This document shows, piece by piece, positions 27,601-42,345 of a stretch of 64,000 nt of DNA. Both the position numbers and the translations under genes were made by a program. A model generated the notes under the pieces. The model had not been told where the DNA came from and searched no databases. It saw only the letters and a list, made by a program, of their open reading frames with translations. Numbering within the stretch: the first letter of the stretch is position 1; each line of letters starts with the position of its first letter. The stretch comes from Auanema rhodensis (Eukaryota; Animalia; Nematoda): NCBI GenBank assembly GCA_964057225.1, contig OZ059897.1, positions 18,228,001 through 18,292,000 on the forward strand, written 5' to 3'.

Positions 27601-30600
27601 TGTTGAGTTTCCATGTACACTCAACATTGCTTCCAAAAACATTTTGACAAAAATTTTTTCGAAAAATTTCAAAATAATTTAGCAAAAAGTAGATGTTTTT
27701 AGATTCCATTTTTCAAGGCAAAGACGATGGACAATGTTATTCAACGAAAAAATTAATTCTTCAGGGTGAAAATCGAGGATATAAGTGTGAACTTATATCA
27801 GTTGATATCTCGGTGCATTTTTAAGCTAGCGCAAATCTGATAACACAGATCGACGCAGCTTAAAAATCCGCATCGAATGCACTATACTACATTGAGAAAC
27901 GCTTAATACAAAAATTAGTTATAATCGTTTGAAAAATGATGCATTAGTGTATGTTGAGTTTCCATGTACACTCAACATTGCTTCCAAAAACATTTTGACA
28001 AAAATTTTTTCGAAAAATTTCAAAATAATTTAGCAAAAAGTAGATGTTTTTAGATTCCATTTTTCAAGGCAAAGACGATGGACAATGTTATTCAACGAAA
28101 AAATTAATTCTTCAGGGTGAAAATCGAAGATATAAGTGTGAACTTATATCAGTTGATATCTCGGTGCATTTTTAAGCTAGCGTAAATCTGATAACACAGA
28201 TCGACGCAGCTTAAAAATCCGGATCGAATGCACTATACTACATTGAGAAACGCTTAATACAAAAATTAGTTATAATCGTTTGAAAAATGATGCATTAGTG
28301 TATGTTGAGTTTCCATGTACACTCAACATTGCTTCCAAAAACATTTTGACAAAAATTTTTTCGAAAAATTTCAAAATAATTTAGCAAAAAGTAGATGTTT
28401 TTAGATTCCATTTTTCAAGGCAAAGACGATGGACAATGTTATTCAACGAAAAAATTAATTCTTCAGGGTGAAAATCGAAGATATAAGTGTGAACTTATAT
28501 CAGTTGATATCTCGGTGCATTTTTAAGCTAGCGCAAATCTGATAACACAGATCGACGCAGCTTACAAAACCGCATCGAATGCACTATACTACATTGAGAA
28601 ACGCTTAATACAAAAATTAGTTATAATCGTTTGAAAAATGATGCATTAGTGTATGTTGAGTTTCCATGTACACTCAACATTGCTTCCAAAAACATTTTGA
28701 CAAAAATTTTTTCGAAAAATTTCAAAATAATTTAGCAAAAAGTAGATGTTTTTAGATTCCATTTTTCAAGGCAAAGACGATGGACAATGTTATTCAACGA
28801 AAAAATTAATTCTTCAGGGTGAAAATCGAGGATATAAGTGTGAACTTATATCAGTTGATATCTCGGTGCATTTTTAAGCTAGCGCAAATCTGATAACACA
28901 GATCGACGCAGCTTAAAAATCCGCATCGAATGCACTATACTACATTGAGAAACGCTTAATACAAAAATTAGTTATAATCGTTTGAAAAATGATGCATTAG
29001 TGTATGTTGAGTTTCCATGTACACTCAACATTGCTTCCAAAAACATTTTGACAAAAATTTTTTCGAAAAATTTCAAAATAATTTAGCAAAAAGTAGATGT
29101 TTTTAGATTCCATTTTTCAAGGCAAAGACGATGGACAATGTTATTCAACGAAAAAATTAATTCTTCAGGGTGAAAATCGAAGATATAAGTGTGAACTTAT
29201 ATCAGTTGATATCTCGGTGCATTTTTAAGCTAGCGTAAATCTGATAACACAGATCGACGCAGCTTAAAAATCCGGATCGAATGCACTATACTACATTGAG
29301 AAACGCTTAATACAAAAATTAGTTATAATCGTTTGAAAAATGATGCATTAGTGTATGTTGAGTTTCCATGTACACTCAACATTGCTTCCAAAAACATTTT
29401 GACAAAAATTTTTTCGAAAAATTTCAAAATAATTTAGCAAAAAGTAGATGTTTTTAGATTCCATTTTTCAAGGCAAAGACGATGGACAATGTTATTCAAC
29501 GAAAAAATTAATTCTTCAGGGTGAAAATCGAAGATATAAGTGTGAACTTATATCAGTTGATATCTCGGTGCATTTTTAAGCTAACGCAAATCTGATAACA
29601 CAGATCGACGCAGCTTAAAAATCCGCATCGAATGCACTATACTACATTGAGAAACGCTTAATACAAAAATTAGTTATAATCGTTTGAAAAATGATGCATT
29701 AGTGTATGTTGAGTTTCCATGTACACTCAACATTGCTTCCAAAAACATTTTGACAAAAATTTTTTCGAAAAATTTCAAAATAATTTAGCAAAAAGTAGAT
29801 GTTTTTAGATTCCATTTTTCAAGGCAAAGACGATGGACAATGTTATTCAATGAAAAAATTAATTCTTCAGGGTGAAAATCGAGGATATAAGTGTGAACTT
29901 ATATCAGTTGATATCTCGGTGCATTTTTAAGCTAGCGCAAATCTGATAACACAGATCGACGCAGCTTAAAAATCCGCATCGAATGCACTATACTACATCG
30001 AGAAACGCTCAATACAAAAATTAGTTATAATCGTTTGAAAAATGATGCATTAGTGTATGTTGAGTTTCCATGTACACTCAACATTGCTTCCAAAAACATT
30101 TTGACAAAAATTTTTTCGAAAAATTTCAAAATAATTTAGCAAAAAGTAGATGTTTTTAGATTCCATTTTTCAAGGCAAAGACGATGGACAATGTTATTCA
30201 ACGAAAAAATTAATTCTTCAGGGTGAAAATCGAGGATATAAGTGTGAACTTATATCAGTTGATATCTCGGTGCATTTTTAAGCTAGCGCAAATCTGATAA
30301 CACAGATCGACGCAGCTTACAAAACCGCATCGAATGCACTATACTACATTGAGAAACGCTTAATACAAAAATTAGTTATAATCGTTTGAAAAATGATGCA
30401 TTAGTGTATGTTGAGTTTCCATGTACACTCAACATTGCTTCCAAAAACATTTTGACAAAAATTTTTTCGAAAAATTTCAAAATAATTTAGCAAAAAGTAG
30501 ATGTTTTTAGATTCCATTTTTCAAGGCAAAGACGATGGACAATGTTATTCAACGAAAAAATTAATTCTTCAGGGTGAAAATCGAAGATATAAGTGTGAAC

Positions 30601-33600
30601 TTATATCAGTTGATATCTCGGTGCATTTTTAAGCTAGCGTAAATCTGATAACACAGATCGACGCAGCTTAAAAATCCGGATCGAATGCACTATACTACAT
30701 TGAGAAACGCTTAATACAAAAATTAGTTATAATCGTTTGAAAAATGATGCATTAGTGTATGTTGAGTTTCCATGTACACTCAACATTGCTTCCAAAAACA
30801 TTTTGACAAAAATTTTTTCGAAAAATTTCAAAATAATTTAGCAAAAAGTAGATGTTTTTAGATTCCATTTTTCAAGGCAAAGACGATGGACAATGTTATT
30901 CAACGAAAAAATTAATTCTTCAGGGTGAAAATCGAGGATATAAGTGTGAACTTATATCAGTTGATATCTCGGTGCATTTTTAAGCTAGCGCAAATCTGAT
31001 AACACAGATCGACGCAGCTTAAAAATCCGGATCGAATGCACTATACTACATTGAGAAAAGCTTAATACAAAAATTAGTTATGATCGTTTGAAAAATGATG
31101 CATTAGTGTATGTTGAGTTTCCATGTACACTCAACATTGCTTCCAAAAACATTTTGACAAAAATTTTTTCGAAAAATTTCAAAATAATTTAGCAAAAAGT
31201 AGATGTTTTTAGATTCCATTTTTCAAGGCAAAGACGATGGACAATGTTATTCAACGAAAAAATTAATTCTTCAGGGTGAAAATCGAGGATATAAGTGTGA
31301 ACTTATATCAGTTGATATCTCGGTGCATTTTTAAGCTAGCGCAAATCTGATAACACAGATCGACGCAGCTTAAAAATCCGCATCGAATGCACTATACTAC
31401 ATTGAGAAACGCTTAATACAAAAATTAGTTATAATCGTTTGAAAAATGATGCATTAGTGTATGTTGAGTTTCCATGTACACTCAACATTGCTTCCAAAAA
31501 CATTTTGACAAAAATTTTTTCGAAAAATTTCAAAATAATTTAGCAAAAAGTAGATGTTTTTAGATTCCATTTTTCAAGGCAAAGACGATGGACAATGTTA
31601 TTCAACGAAAAAATTAATTCTTCAGGGTGAAAATCGAGGATATAAGTGTGAACTTATATCAGTTGATATCTCGGTGCATTTTTAAGCTAGCGCAAATCTG
31701 ATAACACAGATCGACGCAGCTTAAAAATCCGCATCGAATGCACTATACTACATTGAGAAACGCTTAATACAAAAATTAGTTATAATCGTTTGAAAAATGA
31801 TGCATTAGTGTATGTTGAGTTTCCATGTACACTCAACATTGCTTCCAAAAACATTTTGACAAAAATTTTTTCGAAAAATTTCAAAATAATTTAGCAAAAA
31901 GTAGATGTTTTTAGATTCCATTTTTCAAGGCAAAGACGATGGACAATGTTATTCAACGAAAAAATTAATTCTTCAGGGTGAAAATCGAAGATATAAGTGT
32001 GAACTTATATCAGTTGATATCTCGGTGCATTTTTAAGCTAGCGTAAATCTGATAACACAGATCGACGCAGCTTAAAAATCCGGATCGAATGCACTATACT
32101 ACATTGAGAAACGCTTAATACAAAAATTAGTTATAATCGTTTGAAAAATGATGCATTAGTGTATGTTGAGTTTCCATGTACACTCAACATTGCTTCCAAA
32201 AACATTTTGACAAAAATTTTTTCGAAAAATTTCAAAATAATTTAGCAAAAAGTAGATGTTTTTAGATTCCATTTTTCAAGGCAAAGACGATGGACAATGT
32301 TATTCAACGAAAAAATTAATTCTTCAGGGTGAAAATCGAGGATATAAGTGTGAACTTATATCAGTTGATATCTCGGTGCATTTTTAAGCTAGCGCAAATC
32401 TGATAACACAGATCGACGCAGCTTAAAAATCCGCATCGAATGCACTATACTACATTGAGAAACGCTTAATACAAAAATTAGTTATAATCGTTTGAAAAAT
32501 GATGCATTAGTGTATGTTGAGTTTCCATGTACACTCAACATTGCTTCCAAAAACATTTTGACAAAAATTTTTTCGAAAAATTTCAAAATAATTTAGCAAA
32601 AAGTAGATGTTTTTAGATTCCATTTTTCAAGGCAAAGACGATGGACAATGTTATTCAACGAAAAAATTAATTCTTCAGGGTGAAAATCGAAGATATAAGT
32701 GTGAACTTATATCAGTTGATATCTCGGTGCATTTTTAAGCTAGCGTAAATCTGATAACACAGATCGACGCAGCTTAAAAATCCGGATCGAATGCACTATA
32801 CTACATTGAGAAACGCTTAATACAAAAATTAGTTATAATCGTTTGAAAAATGATGCATTAGTGTATGTTGAGTTTCCATGTACACTCAACATTGCTTCCA
32901 AAAACATTTTGACAAAAATTTTTTCGAAAAATTTCAAAATAATTTAGCAAAAAGTAGATCTTTTTAGATTCCATTTTTCAAGGCAAAGACGATGGACAAT
33001 GTTATTCAACGAAAAAATTAATTCTTCAGGGTGAAAATCGAAGATATAAGTGTGAACTTATATCAGTTGATATCTCGGTGCATTTTTAAGCTAGCGCAAA
33101 TCTGATAACACAGATCGACGCAGCTTAAAAATCCGCATCGAATGCACTATACTACATTGAGAAACGCTTAATACAAAAATTAGTTATAATCGTTTGAAAA
33201 ATGATGCATTAGTGTATGTTGAGTTTCCATGTACACTCAACATTGCTTCCAAAAACATTTTGACAAAAATTTTTTCGAAAAATTTCAAAATAATTTAGCA
33301 AAAAGTAGATGTTTTTAGATTCCATTTTTCAAGGCAAAGACGATGGACAATGTTATTCAACGAAAAAATTAATTCTTCAGGGTGAAAATCGAAGATATAA
33401 GTGTGAACTTATATCAGTTGATATCTCGGTGCATTTTTAAGCTAGCGTAAATCTGATAACACAGATCGACGCAGCTTAAAAATCCGGATCGAATGCACTA
33501 TACTACATTGAGAAACGCTTAATACAAAAATTAGTTATAATCGTTTGAAAAATGATGCATTAGTGTATGTTGAGTTTCCATGTACACTCAACATTGCTTC

Positions 33601-36504
33601 CAAAAACATTTTGACAAAAATTTTTTCGAAAAATTTCAAAATAATTTAGCAAAAAGTAGATGTTTTTAGATTCCATTTTTCAAGGCAAAGACGATGGACA
33701 ATGTTATTCAACGAAAAAATTAATTCTTCAGGGTGAAAATCGAGGATATAAGTGTGAACTTATATCAGTTGATATCTCGGTGCATTTTTAAGCTAGCGTA
33801 AATCTGATAACACAGATCGACGCAGCTTAAAAATCCGCATCGAATGCACTATACTACATTGAGAAACGCTTAATACAAAAATTAGTTATAATCGTTTGAA
33901 AAATGATGCATTAGTGTATGTTGAGTTTCCATGTACACTCAACATTGCTTCCAAAAACATTTTGACAAAAATTTTTTCGAAAAATTTCAAAATAATTTAG
34001 CAAAAAGTAGATGTTTTTAGATTCCATTTTTCAAGGCAAAGACGATGGACAATGTTATTCAACGAAAAAATTAATTCTTCAGGGTGAAAATCGAGGATAT
34101 AAGTGTGAACTTATATCAGTTGATATCTCGGTGCATTTTTAAGCTAGCGCAAATCTGATAACACAGATCGACGCAGCTTAAAAATCCGCATCGAATGCAC
34201 TATACTACATCGAGAAACGCTCAATACAAAAATTAGTTATAATCGTTTGAAAAATGATGCATTAGTGTATGTTGAGTTTCCATGTACACTCAACATTGCT
34301 TCCAAAAACATTTTGACAAAAATTTTTTCGAAAAATTTCAAAATAATTTAGCAGAAAGTAGATGTTTTTAGATTCCATTTTTCAAGGCAAAGACGATGGA
34401 CAATGTTATTCAACGAAAAAATTAATTCTTCAGGGTGAAAATCGAAGATATAAGTGTGAACTTATATCAGTTGATATCTCGGTGCATTTTTAAGCTAGCG
34501 CAAATCTGATAACACAGATCGACGCAGCTTAAAAATCCGCATCGAATGCACTATACTACATCGAGAAACGCTCAATACAAAAATTAGTTATAATCGTTTG
34601 AAAAATGATGCATTAGTGTATGTTGAGTTTCCATGTACACTTAACATTGCTTCCAAAAACATTTTGACAAAAATTTTTTCGAAAAATTTCAAAATAGTTT
34701 ACCAAAAAGTAGATGTTTTTAGATTCCATTTTTCAAGGCAAAGACGATGGACAATGTTATTCAACGAAAAAATTAATTCTTCAGGGTGAAAATCGAAGAT
34801 ATAAGTGTGAACTTATATCAGTTGATATCTCGGTGCATTTTTAAGCTAGCGCAAATCTGATAACACAGATCGACGCAGCTTAAAAATCCGCATCGAATGC
34901 ACTATACTACATTGAGAAACGCTTAATACAAAAATTAGTTATAATCGTTTGAAAAATGATGCATTAGTGTATGTTGAGTTTCCATGTACACTCAACATTG
35001 CTTCCAAAAACATTTTGACAAAAATTTTTTCGAAAAATTTCAAAATAATTTAGCAAAAAGTAGATGTTTTTAGATTCCATTTTTCAAGGCAAAGACGATG
35101 GACAATGTTATTCAACGAAAAAATTAATTCTTCAGGGTGAAAATCGAGGATATAAGTGTGAACTTATATCAGTTGATATCTCGGTGCATTTTTAAGCTAG
35201 CGCAAATCTGATAACACAGATCGACGCAGCTTAAAAATCCGCATCGAATGCACTATACTACATTGAGAAACGCTTAATACAAAAATTAGTTATAATCGTT
35301 TGAAAAATGATGCATTAGTGTATGTTGAGTTTCCATGTACACTCAACATTGCTTCCAAAAACATTTTGACAAAAGTTTTTTCGAAAAATTTCAAAATAAT
35401 TTAGCAAAAAGTAGATGTTTTTAGATTCCATTTTTCAAGGCAAAGACGATGGACAATGTTATTCAACGAAAAAATTAATTCTTCAGGGTGAAAATCGAAG
35501 ATATAAGTGTGAACTTATATCAGTTGATATCTCGGTGCATTTTTAAGCTAGCGCAAATCTGATAACACAGATCGACGCAGCTTAAAAATCCGCATCGAAT
35601 GCACTATACTACATTGAGAAACGCTTAATACAAAAATTAGTTATAATCGTTTGAAAAATGATGCATTAGTGTATGTTGAGTTTCCATGTACACTCAACAT
35701 TGCTTCCAAAAACATTTTGACAAAAGTTTTTTCGAAAAATTTCAAAATAATTTAGCAAAAAGTAGATGTTTTTAGATTCCATTTTTCAAGGCAAAGACGA
35801 TGGACAATGTTATTCAACGAAAAAATTAATTCTTCAGGGTGAAAATCGAAGATATAAGTGTGAACTTATATCAGTTGATATCTCGGTGCATTTTTAAGCT
35901 AGCGTAAATCTGATAACACAGATCGACGCAGCTTAAAAATCCGGATCGAATGCACTATACTACATTGAGAAACGCTTAATACAAAAATTAGTTATAATCG
36001 TTTGAAAAATGATGCATTAGTGTATGTTGAGTTTCCATGTACACTCAACATTGCTTCCAAAAACATTTTGACAAAAATTTTTTCGAAAAATTTCAAAATA
36101 ATTTAGCAAAAAGTAGATGTTTTTAGATTCCATTTTTCAAGGCAAAGACGATGGACAATGTTATTCAACGAAAAAATTAATTCTTCAGGGTGAAAATCGA
36201 GGATATAAGTGTGAACTTATATCAGTTGATATCTCGGTGCATTTTTAAGCTAGCGCAAATCTGATAACACAGATCGACGCAGCTTAAAAATCCGCATCGA
36301 ATGCACTATACTACATCGAGAAACGCTCAATACAAAAATTAGTTATAATCGTTTGAAAAATGATGCATTAGTGTATGTTGAGTTTCCATGTACACTCAAC
36401 ATTGCTTCCAAAAACATTTTGACAAAAATTTTTTCGAAAAATTTCAAAATAATTTAGCAAAAAGTAGATGTTTTTAGATTCCATTTTTCAAGGCAAAGAC
36501 GATG

Positions 36505-36729
36505 GACAATGTTATTCAACGAAAAAATTAATTCTTCAGGGTGAAAATCGAAGATATAAGTGTGAACTTATATCAGTTGATATCTCGGTGCATTAGTGTA
36601 TGTTGAGTTTCCATGTACACTCAACATTGCTTCCAAAAACATTTTGACAAAAATTTTTTCGAAAAATTTCAAAATAATTTAGCAAAAAGTAGATGTTTTT
36701 AGATTCCATTTTTCAAGGCAAAGACGATG
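36505..36729. repeat. Truncated monomer (225 bp) with a 126-bp internal deletion between two TGCATT copies
   Basis: The junction CTCGG-TGCATT-AGTGTATG at 36589-36594 fuses m85-90 to m211-216. The downstream phase shift agrees (39035-34598 = 13x351-126). Confidence 0.97.
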
Positions 36730-39700
36730 GACAATGTTATTCAACGAAAAAATTAATTCTTCAGGGTGAAAATCGAAGATATAAGTGTGAACTTATATCA
36801 GTTGATATCTCGGTGCATTTTTAAGCTAGCGTAAATCTGATAACACAGATCGACGCAGCTTAAAAATCCGCATCGAATGCACTATACTACATTGAGAAAC
36901 GCTTAATACAAAAATTAGTTATAATCGTTTGAAAAATGATGCATTAGTGTATGTTGAGTTTCCATGTACACTCAACATTGCTTCCAAAAACATTTTGACA
37001 AAAATTTTTTCGAAAAATTTCAAAATAATTTAGCAAAAAGTAGATGTTTTTAGATTCCATTTTTCAAGGCAAAGACGATGGACAATGTTATTCAACGAAA
37101 AAATTAATTCTTCAGGGTGAAAATCGAGGATATAAGTGTGAACTTATATCAGTTGATATCTCGGTGCATTTTTAAGCTAGCGCAAATCTGATAACACAGA
37201 TCGACGCAGCTTAAAAATCCGCATCGAATGCACTATACTACATCGAGAAACGCTCAATACAAAAATTAGTTATAATCGTTTGAAAAATGATGCATTAGTG
37301 TATGTTGAGTTTCCATGTACACTCAACATTGCTTCCAAAAACATTTTGACAAAAATTTTTTCGAAAAATTTCAAAATAATTTAGCAAAAAGTAGATGTTT
37401 TTAGATTCCATTTTTCAAGGCAAAGACGATGGACAATGTTATTCAACGAAAAAATTAATTCTTCAGGGTGAAAATCGAAGATATAAGTGTGAACTTATAT
37501 CAGTTGATATCTCGGTGCATTTTTAAGCTAGCGTAAATCTGATAACACAGATCGACGCAGCTTAAAAATCCGCATCGAATGCACTATACTACATTGAGAA
37601 ACGCTTAATACAAAAATTAGTTATAATCGTTTGAAAAATGATGCATTAGTGTATGTTGAGTTTCCATGTACACTCAACATTGCTTCCAAAAACATTTTGA
37701 CAAAAATTTTTTCGAAAAATTTCAAAATAATTTAGCAAAAAGTAGATGTTTTTAGATTCCATTTTTCAAGGCAAAGACGATGGACAATGTTATTCAACGA
37801 AAAAATTAATTCTTCAGGGTGAAAATCGAGGATATAAGTGTGAACTTATATCAGTTGATATCTCGGTGCATTTTTAAGCTAGCGCAAATCTGATAACACA
37901 GATCGACGCAGCTTAAAAATCCGCATCGAATGCACTATACTACATCGAGAAACGCTCAATACAAAAATTAGTTATAATCGTTTGAAAAATGATGCATTAG
38001 TGTATGTTGAGTTTCCATGTACACTCAACATTGCTTCCAAAAACATTTTGACAAAAATTTTTTCGAAAAATTTCAAAATAATTTAGCAAAAAGTAGATGT
38101 TTTTAGATTCCATTTTTCAAGGCAAAGACGATGGACAATGTTATTCAACGAAAAAATTAATTCTTCAGGGTGAAAATCGAAGATATAAGTGTGAACTTAT
38201 ATCAGTTGATATCTCGGTGCATTTTTAAGCTAGCGCAAATCTGATAACACAGATCGACGCAGCTTAAAAATCCGCATCGAATGCACTATACTACATCGAG
38301 AAACGCTCAATACAAAAATTAGTTATAATCGTTTGAAAAATGATGCATTAGTGTATGTTGAGTTTCCATGTACACTCAACATTGCTTCCAAAAACATTTT
38401 GACAAAAATTTTTTCGAAAAATTTCAAAATAATTTAGCAAAAAGTAGATGTTTTTAGATTCCATTTTTCAAGGCAAAGACGATGGACAATGTTATTCAAC
38501 GAAAAAATTAATTCTTCAGGGTGAAAATCGAGGATATAAGTGTGAACTTATATCAGTTGATATCTCGGTGCATTTTTAAGCTAGCGCAAATCTGATAACA
38601 CAGATCGACGCAGCTTAAAAATCCGCATCGAATGCACTATACTACATCGAGAAACGCTCAATACAAAAATTAGTTATAATCGTTTGAAAAATGATGCATT
38701 AGTGTATGTTGAGTTTCCATGTACACTCAACATTGCTTCCAAAAACATTTTGACAAAAATTTTTTCGAAAAATTTCAAAATAATTTAGCAAAAAGTAGAT
38801 GTTTTTAGATTCCATTTTTCAAGGCAAAGACGATGGACAATGTTATTCAACGAAAAAATTAATTCTTCAGGGTGAAAATCGAAGATATAAGTGTGAACTT
38901 ATATCAGTTGATATCTCGGTGCATTTTTAAGCTAGCGCAAATCTGATAACACAGATCGACGCAGCTTAAAAATCCGCATCGAATGCACTATACTACATCG
39001 AGAAACGCTCAATACAAAAATTAGTTATAATCGTTTGAAAAATGATGCATTAGTGTATGTTGAGTTTCCATGTACACTTAACATTGCTTCCAAAAACATT
39101 TTGACAAAAATTTTTTCGAAAAATTTCAAAATAATTTACCAAAAAGTAGATGTTTTTAGATTCCATTTTTCAAGGCAAAGACGATGGACAATGTTATTCA
39201 ACGAAAAAATTAATTCTTCAGGGTGAAAATCGAAGATATAAGTGTGAACTTATATCAGTTGATATCTCGGTGCATTTTTAAGCTAGCGCAAATCTGATAA
39301 CACAGATCGACGCAGCTTAAAAATCCGCATCGAATGCACTATACTACATTGAGAAACGCTTAATACAAAAATTAGTTATAATCGTTTGAAAAATGATGCA
39401 TTAGTGTATGTTGAGTTTCCATGTACACTTAACATTGCTTCCAAAAACATTTTGACAAAAATTTTTTCGAAAAATTTCAAAATAATTTAGCAAAAAGTAG
39501 ATGTTTTTAGATTCCATTTTTCAAGGCAAAGACGATGGACAATGTTATTCAACGAAAAAATTAATTCTTCAGGGTGAAAATCGAAGATATAAGTGTGAAC
39601 TTATATCAGTTGATATCTCGGTGCATTTTTAAGCTAGCGTAAATCTGATAACACAGATCGACGCAGCTTAAAAATCCGCATCGAATGCACTATACTACAT

Positions 39701-40239
39701 TGAGAAACGCTTAATACAAAAATTAGTTATAATCGTTTGAAAAATGATGCATTAGTGTATGTTGAGTTTCCATGTACACTCAACATTGCTTCCAAAAACA
39801 TTTTGACAAAAATTTTTTCGAAAAATTTCAAAATAATTTAGCAAAAAGTAGATGTTTTTAGATTCCATTTTTCAAGGCAAAGACGATGGACAATGTTATT
39901 CAACGAAAAAATTAATTCTTCAGGGTGAAAATCGAGGATATAAGTGTGAACTTATATCAGTTGATATCTCGGTGCATTTTTAAGCTAGCGCAAATCTGAT
40001 AACACAGATCGACGCAGCGTAAAAATCCGCATCGAATGCACTATACTACATTGAGAAAAGCTTAATACAAAAATTAGTTATAATCGTTTGAAAAATGATG
40101 CATTAGTGTATGTTGAGTTTCCATGTACACTTAACATTGCTTCCAAAAACATTTTGACAAAAATTTTTTCGAAAAATTTCAAAATAATTTAGCAAAAAGT
40201 AGATGTTTTTAGATTCCATTTTTCAAGGCAAAGACGATG

Positions 40240-42345
40240 GACAATGTTATTCAACGAAAAAATTAATTCTTCAGGGTGAAAATCGAGGATATAAGTGTGA
40301 ACTTATATCAGTTGATATCTCGGTGCATTTTTAAGCTAGCGCAAATCTGATAACACAGATCGACGCAGCTTAAAAATCCGCATCGAATGCACTATACTAC
40401 ATTGAGAAACGCTTAATACAAAAATTAGTTATAATCGTTTGAAAAATGATGCATTAGTGTATGTTGAGTTTCCATGTACACTTAACATTGCTTCCAAAAA
40501 CATTTTGACAAAAATTTTTTCGAAAAATTTCAAAATAGTTTACCAAAAAGTAGATGTTTTTAGATTCCATTTTTCAAGGCAAAGACAATGGACAATGTTA
40601 TTCAACGAAAAAATTAATTCTTCAGGGTGAAAATCGAGGATATAAGTGTGAACTTATATCAGTTGATATCTCGGTGCATTTTTAAGCTAGCGCAAATCTG
40701 ATAACACAGATCGACGCAGCTTAAAAATCCGCATCGAATGCACTATACTACATCGAGAAACGCTCAATACAAAAATTAGTTATAATCGTTTGAAAAATGA
40801 TGCATTAGTGTATGTTGAGTTTCCATGTACACTCAACATTGCTTCCAAAAACATTTTGACAAAAATTTTTTCGAAAAATTTCAAAATAATTTAGCAAAAA
40901 GTAGATGTTTTTAGATTCCATTTTTCAAGGCAAAGACGATGGACAATGTTATTCAACGAAAAAATTAATTCTTCAGGGTGAAAATCGAGGATATAAGTGT
41001 GAACTTATATCAGTTGATATCTCGGTGCATTTTTAAGCTAGCGCAAATCTGATAACACAGATCGACGCAGCTTAAAAATCCGCATCGAATGCACTATACT
41101 ACATTGAGAAACGCTTAATACAAAAATTAGTTATAATCGTTTGAAAAATGATGCATTAGTGTATGTTGAGTTTCCATGTACACTTAACATTGCTTCCAAA
41201 AACATTTTGACAAAAATTTTTTCGAAAAATTTCAAAATAGTTTACCAAAAAGTAGATGTTTTTAGATTCCATTTTTCAAGGCAAAGACGATGGACAATGT
41301 TATTCAACGAAAAAATTAATTCTTCAGGGTGAAAATCGAGGATATAAGTGTGAACTTATATCAGTTGATATCTCGGTGCATTTTTAAGCTAGCGCAAATC
41401 TGATAACACAGATCGACGCAGCTTAAAAATCCGCATCGAATGCACTATACTACATCGAGAAACGCTCAATACAAAAATTAGTTATAATCGTTTGAAAAAT
41501 GATGCATTAGTGTATGTTGAGTTTCCATGTACACTCAACATTGCTTCCAAAAACATTTTGACAAAAATTTTTTCGAAAAATTTCAAAATAATTTAGCAAA
41601 AAGTAGATGTTTTTAGATTCCATTTTTCAAGGCAAAGACGATGGACAATGTTATTCAACGAAAAAATTAATTCTTCAGGGTGAAAATCGAGGATATAAGT
41701 GTGAACTTATATCAGTTGATATCTCGGTGCATTTTTAAGCTAGCGCAAATCTGATAACACAGATCGACGCAGCTTAAAAATCCGCATCGAATGCACTATA
41801 CTACATTGAGAAACGCTTAATACAAAAATTAGTTATAATCGTTTGAAAAATGATGCATTAGTGTATGTTGAGTTTCCATGTACACTTAACATTGCTTCCA
41901 AAAACATTTTGACAAAAATTTTTTCGAAAAATTTCGAAATAGTTTACCAAAAAGTAGATGTTTTTAGATTCCATTTTTCAAGGCAAAGACGATGGACAAT
42001 GTTTTTCAACGAAAAAATTAATTCTTCAGGGTGAAAATCGAGGATATAAGTGTGAACTTATATCAGTTGATATCTCGGTGCATTTTTAAGCTAGCGCAAA
42101 TCTGATAACACAGATCGACGCAGCTTAAAAATCCGCATCGAATGCACTATACTACATCGAGAAACGCTCAATACAAAAATTAGTTATAATCGTTTGAAAA
42201 ATGATGCATTAGTGTATGTTGAGTTTCCATGTACACTCAACATTGCTTCCAAAAACATTTTGACAAAAATTTTTTCGAAAAATTTCAAAATAATTTAGCA
42301 AAAAGTAGATGTTTTTAGATTCCATTTTTCAAGGCAAAGACGATG
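40240..42345. repeat. Local dimeric (702-bp) higher-order repeat, 3 copies
   Basis: CTTAAC/GTTTACC monomers (ORF hits 40439, 41141, 41843) alternate with CATCGAG/CTCAAT monomers. Confidence 0.85.
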
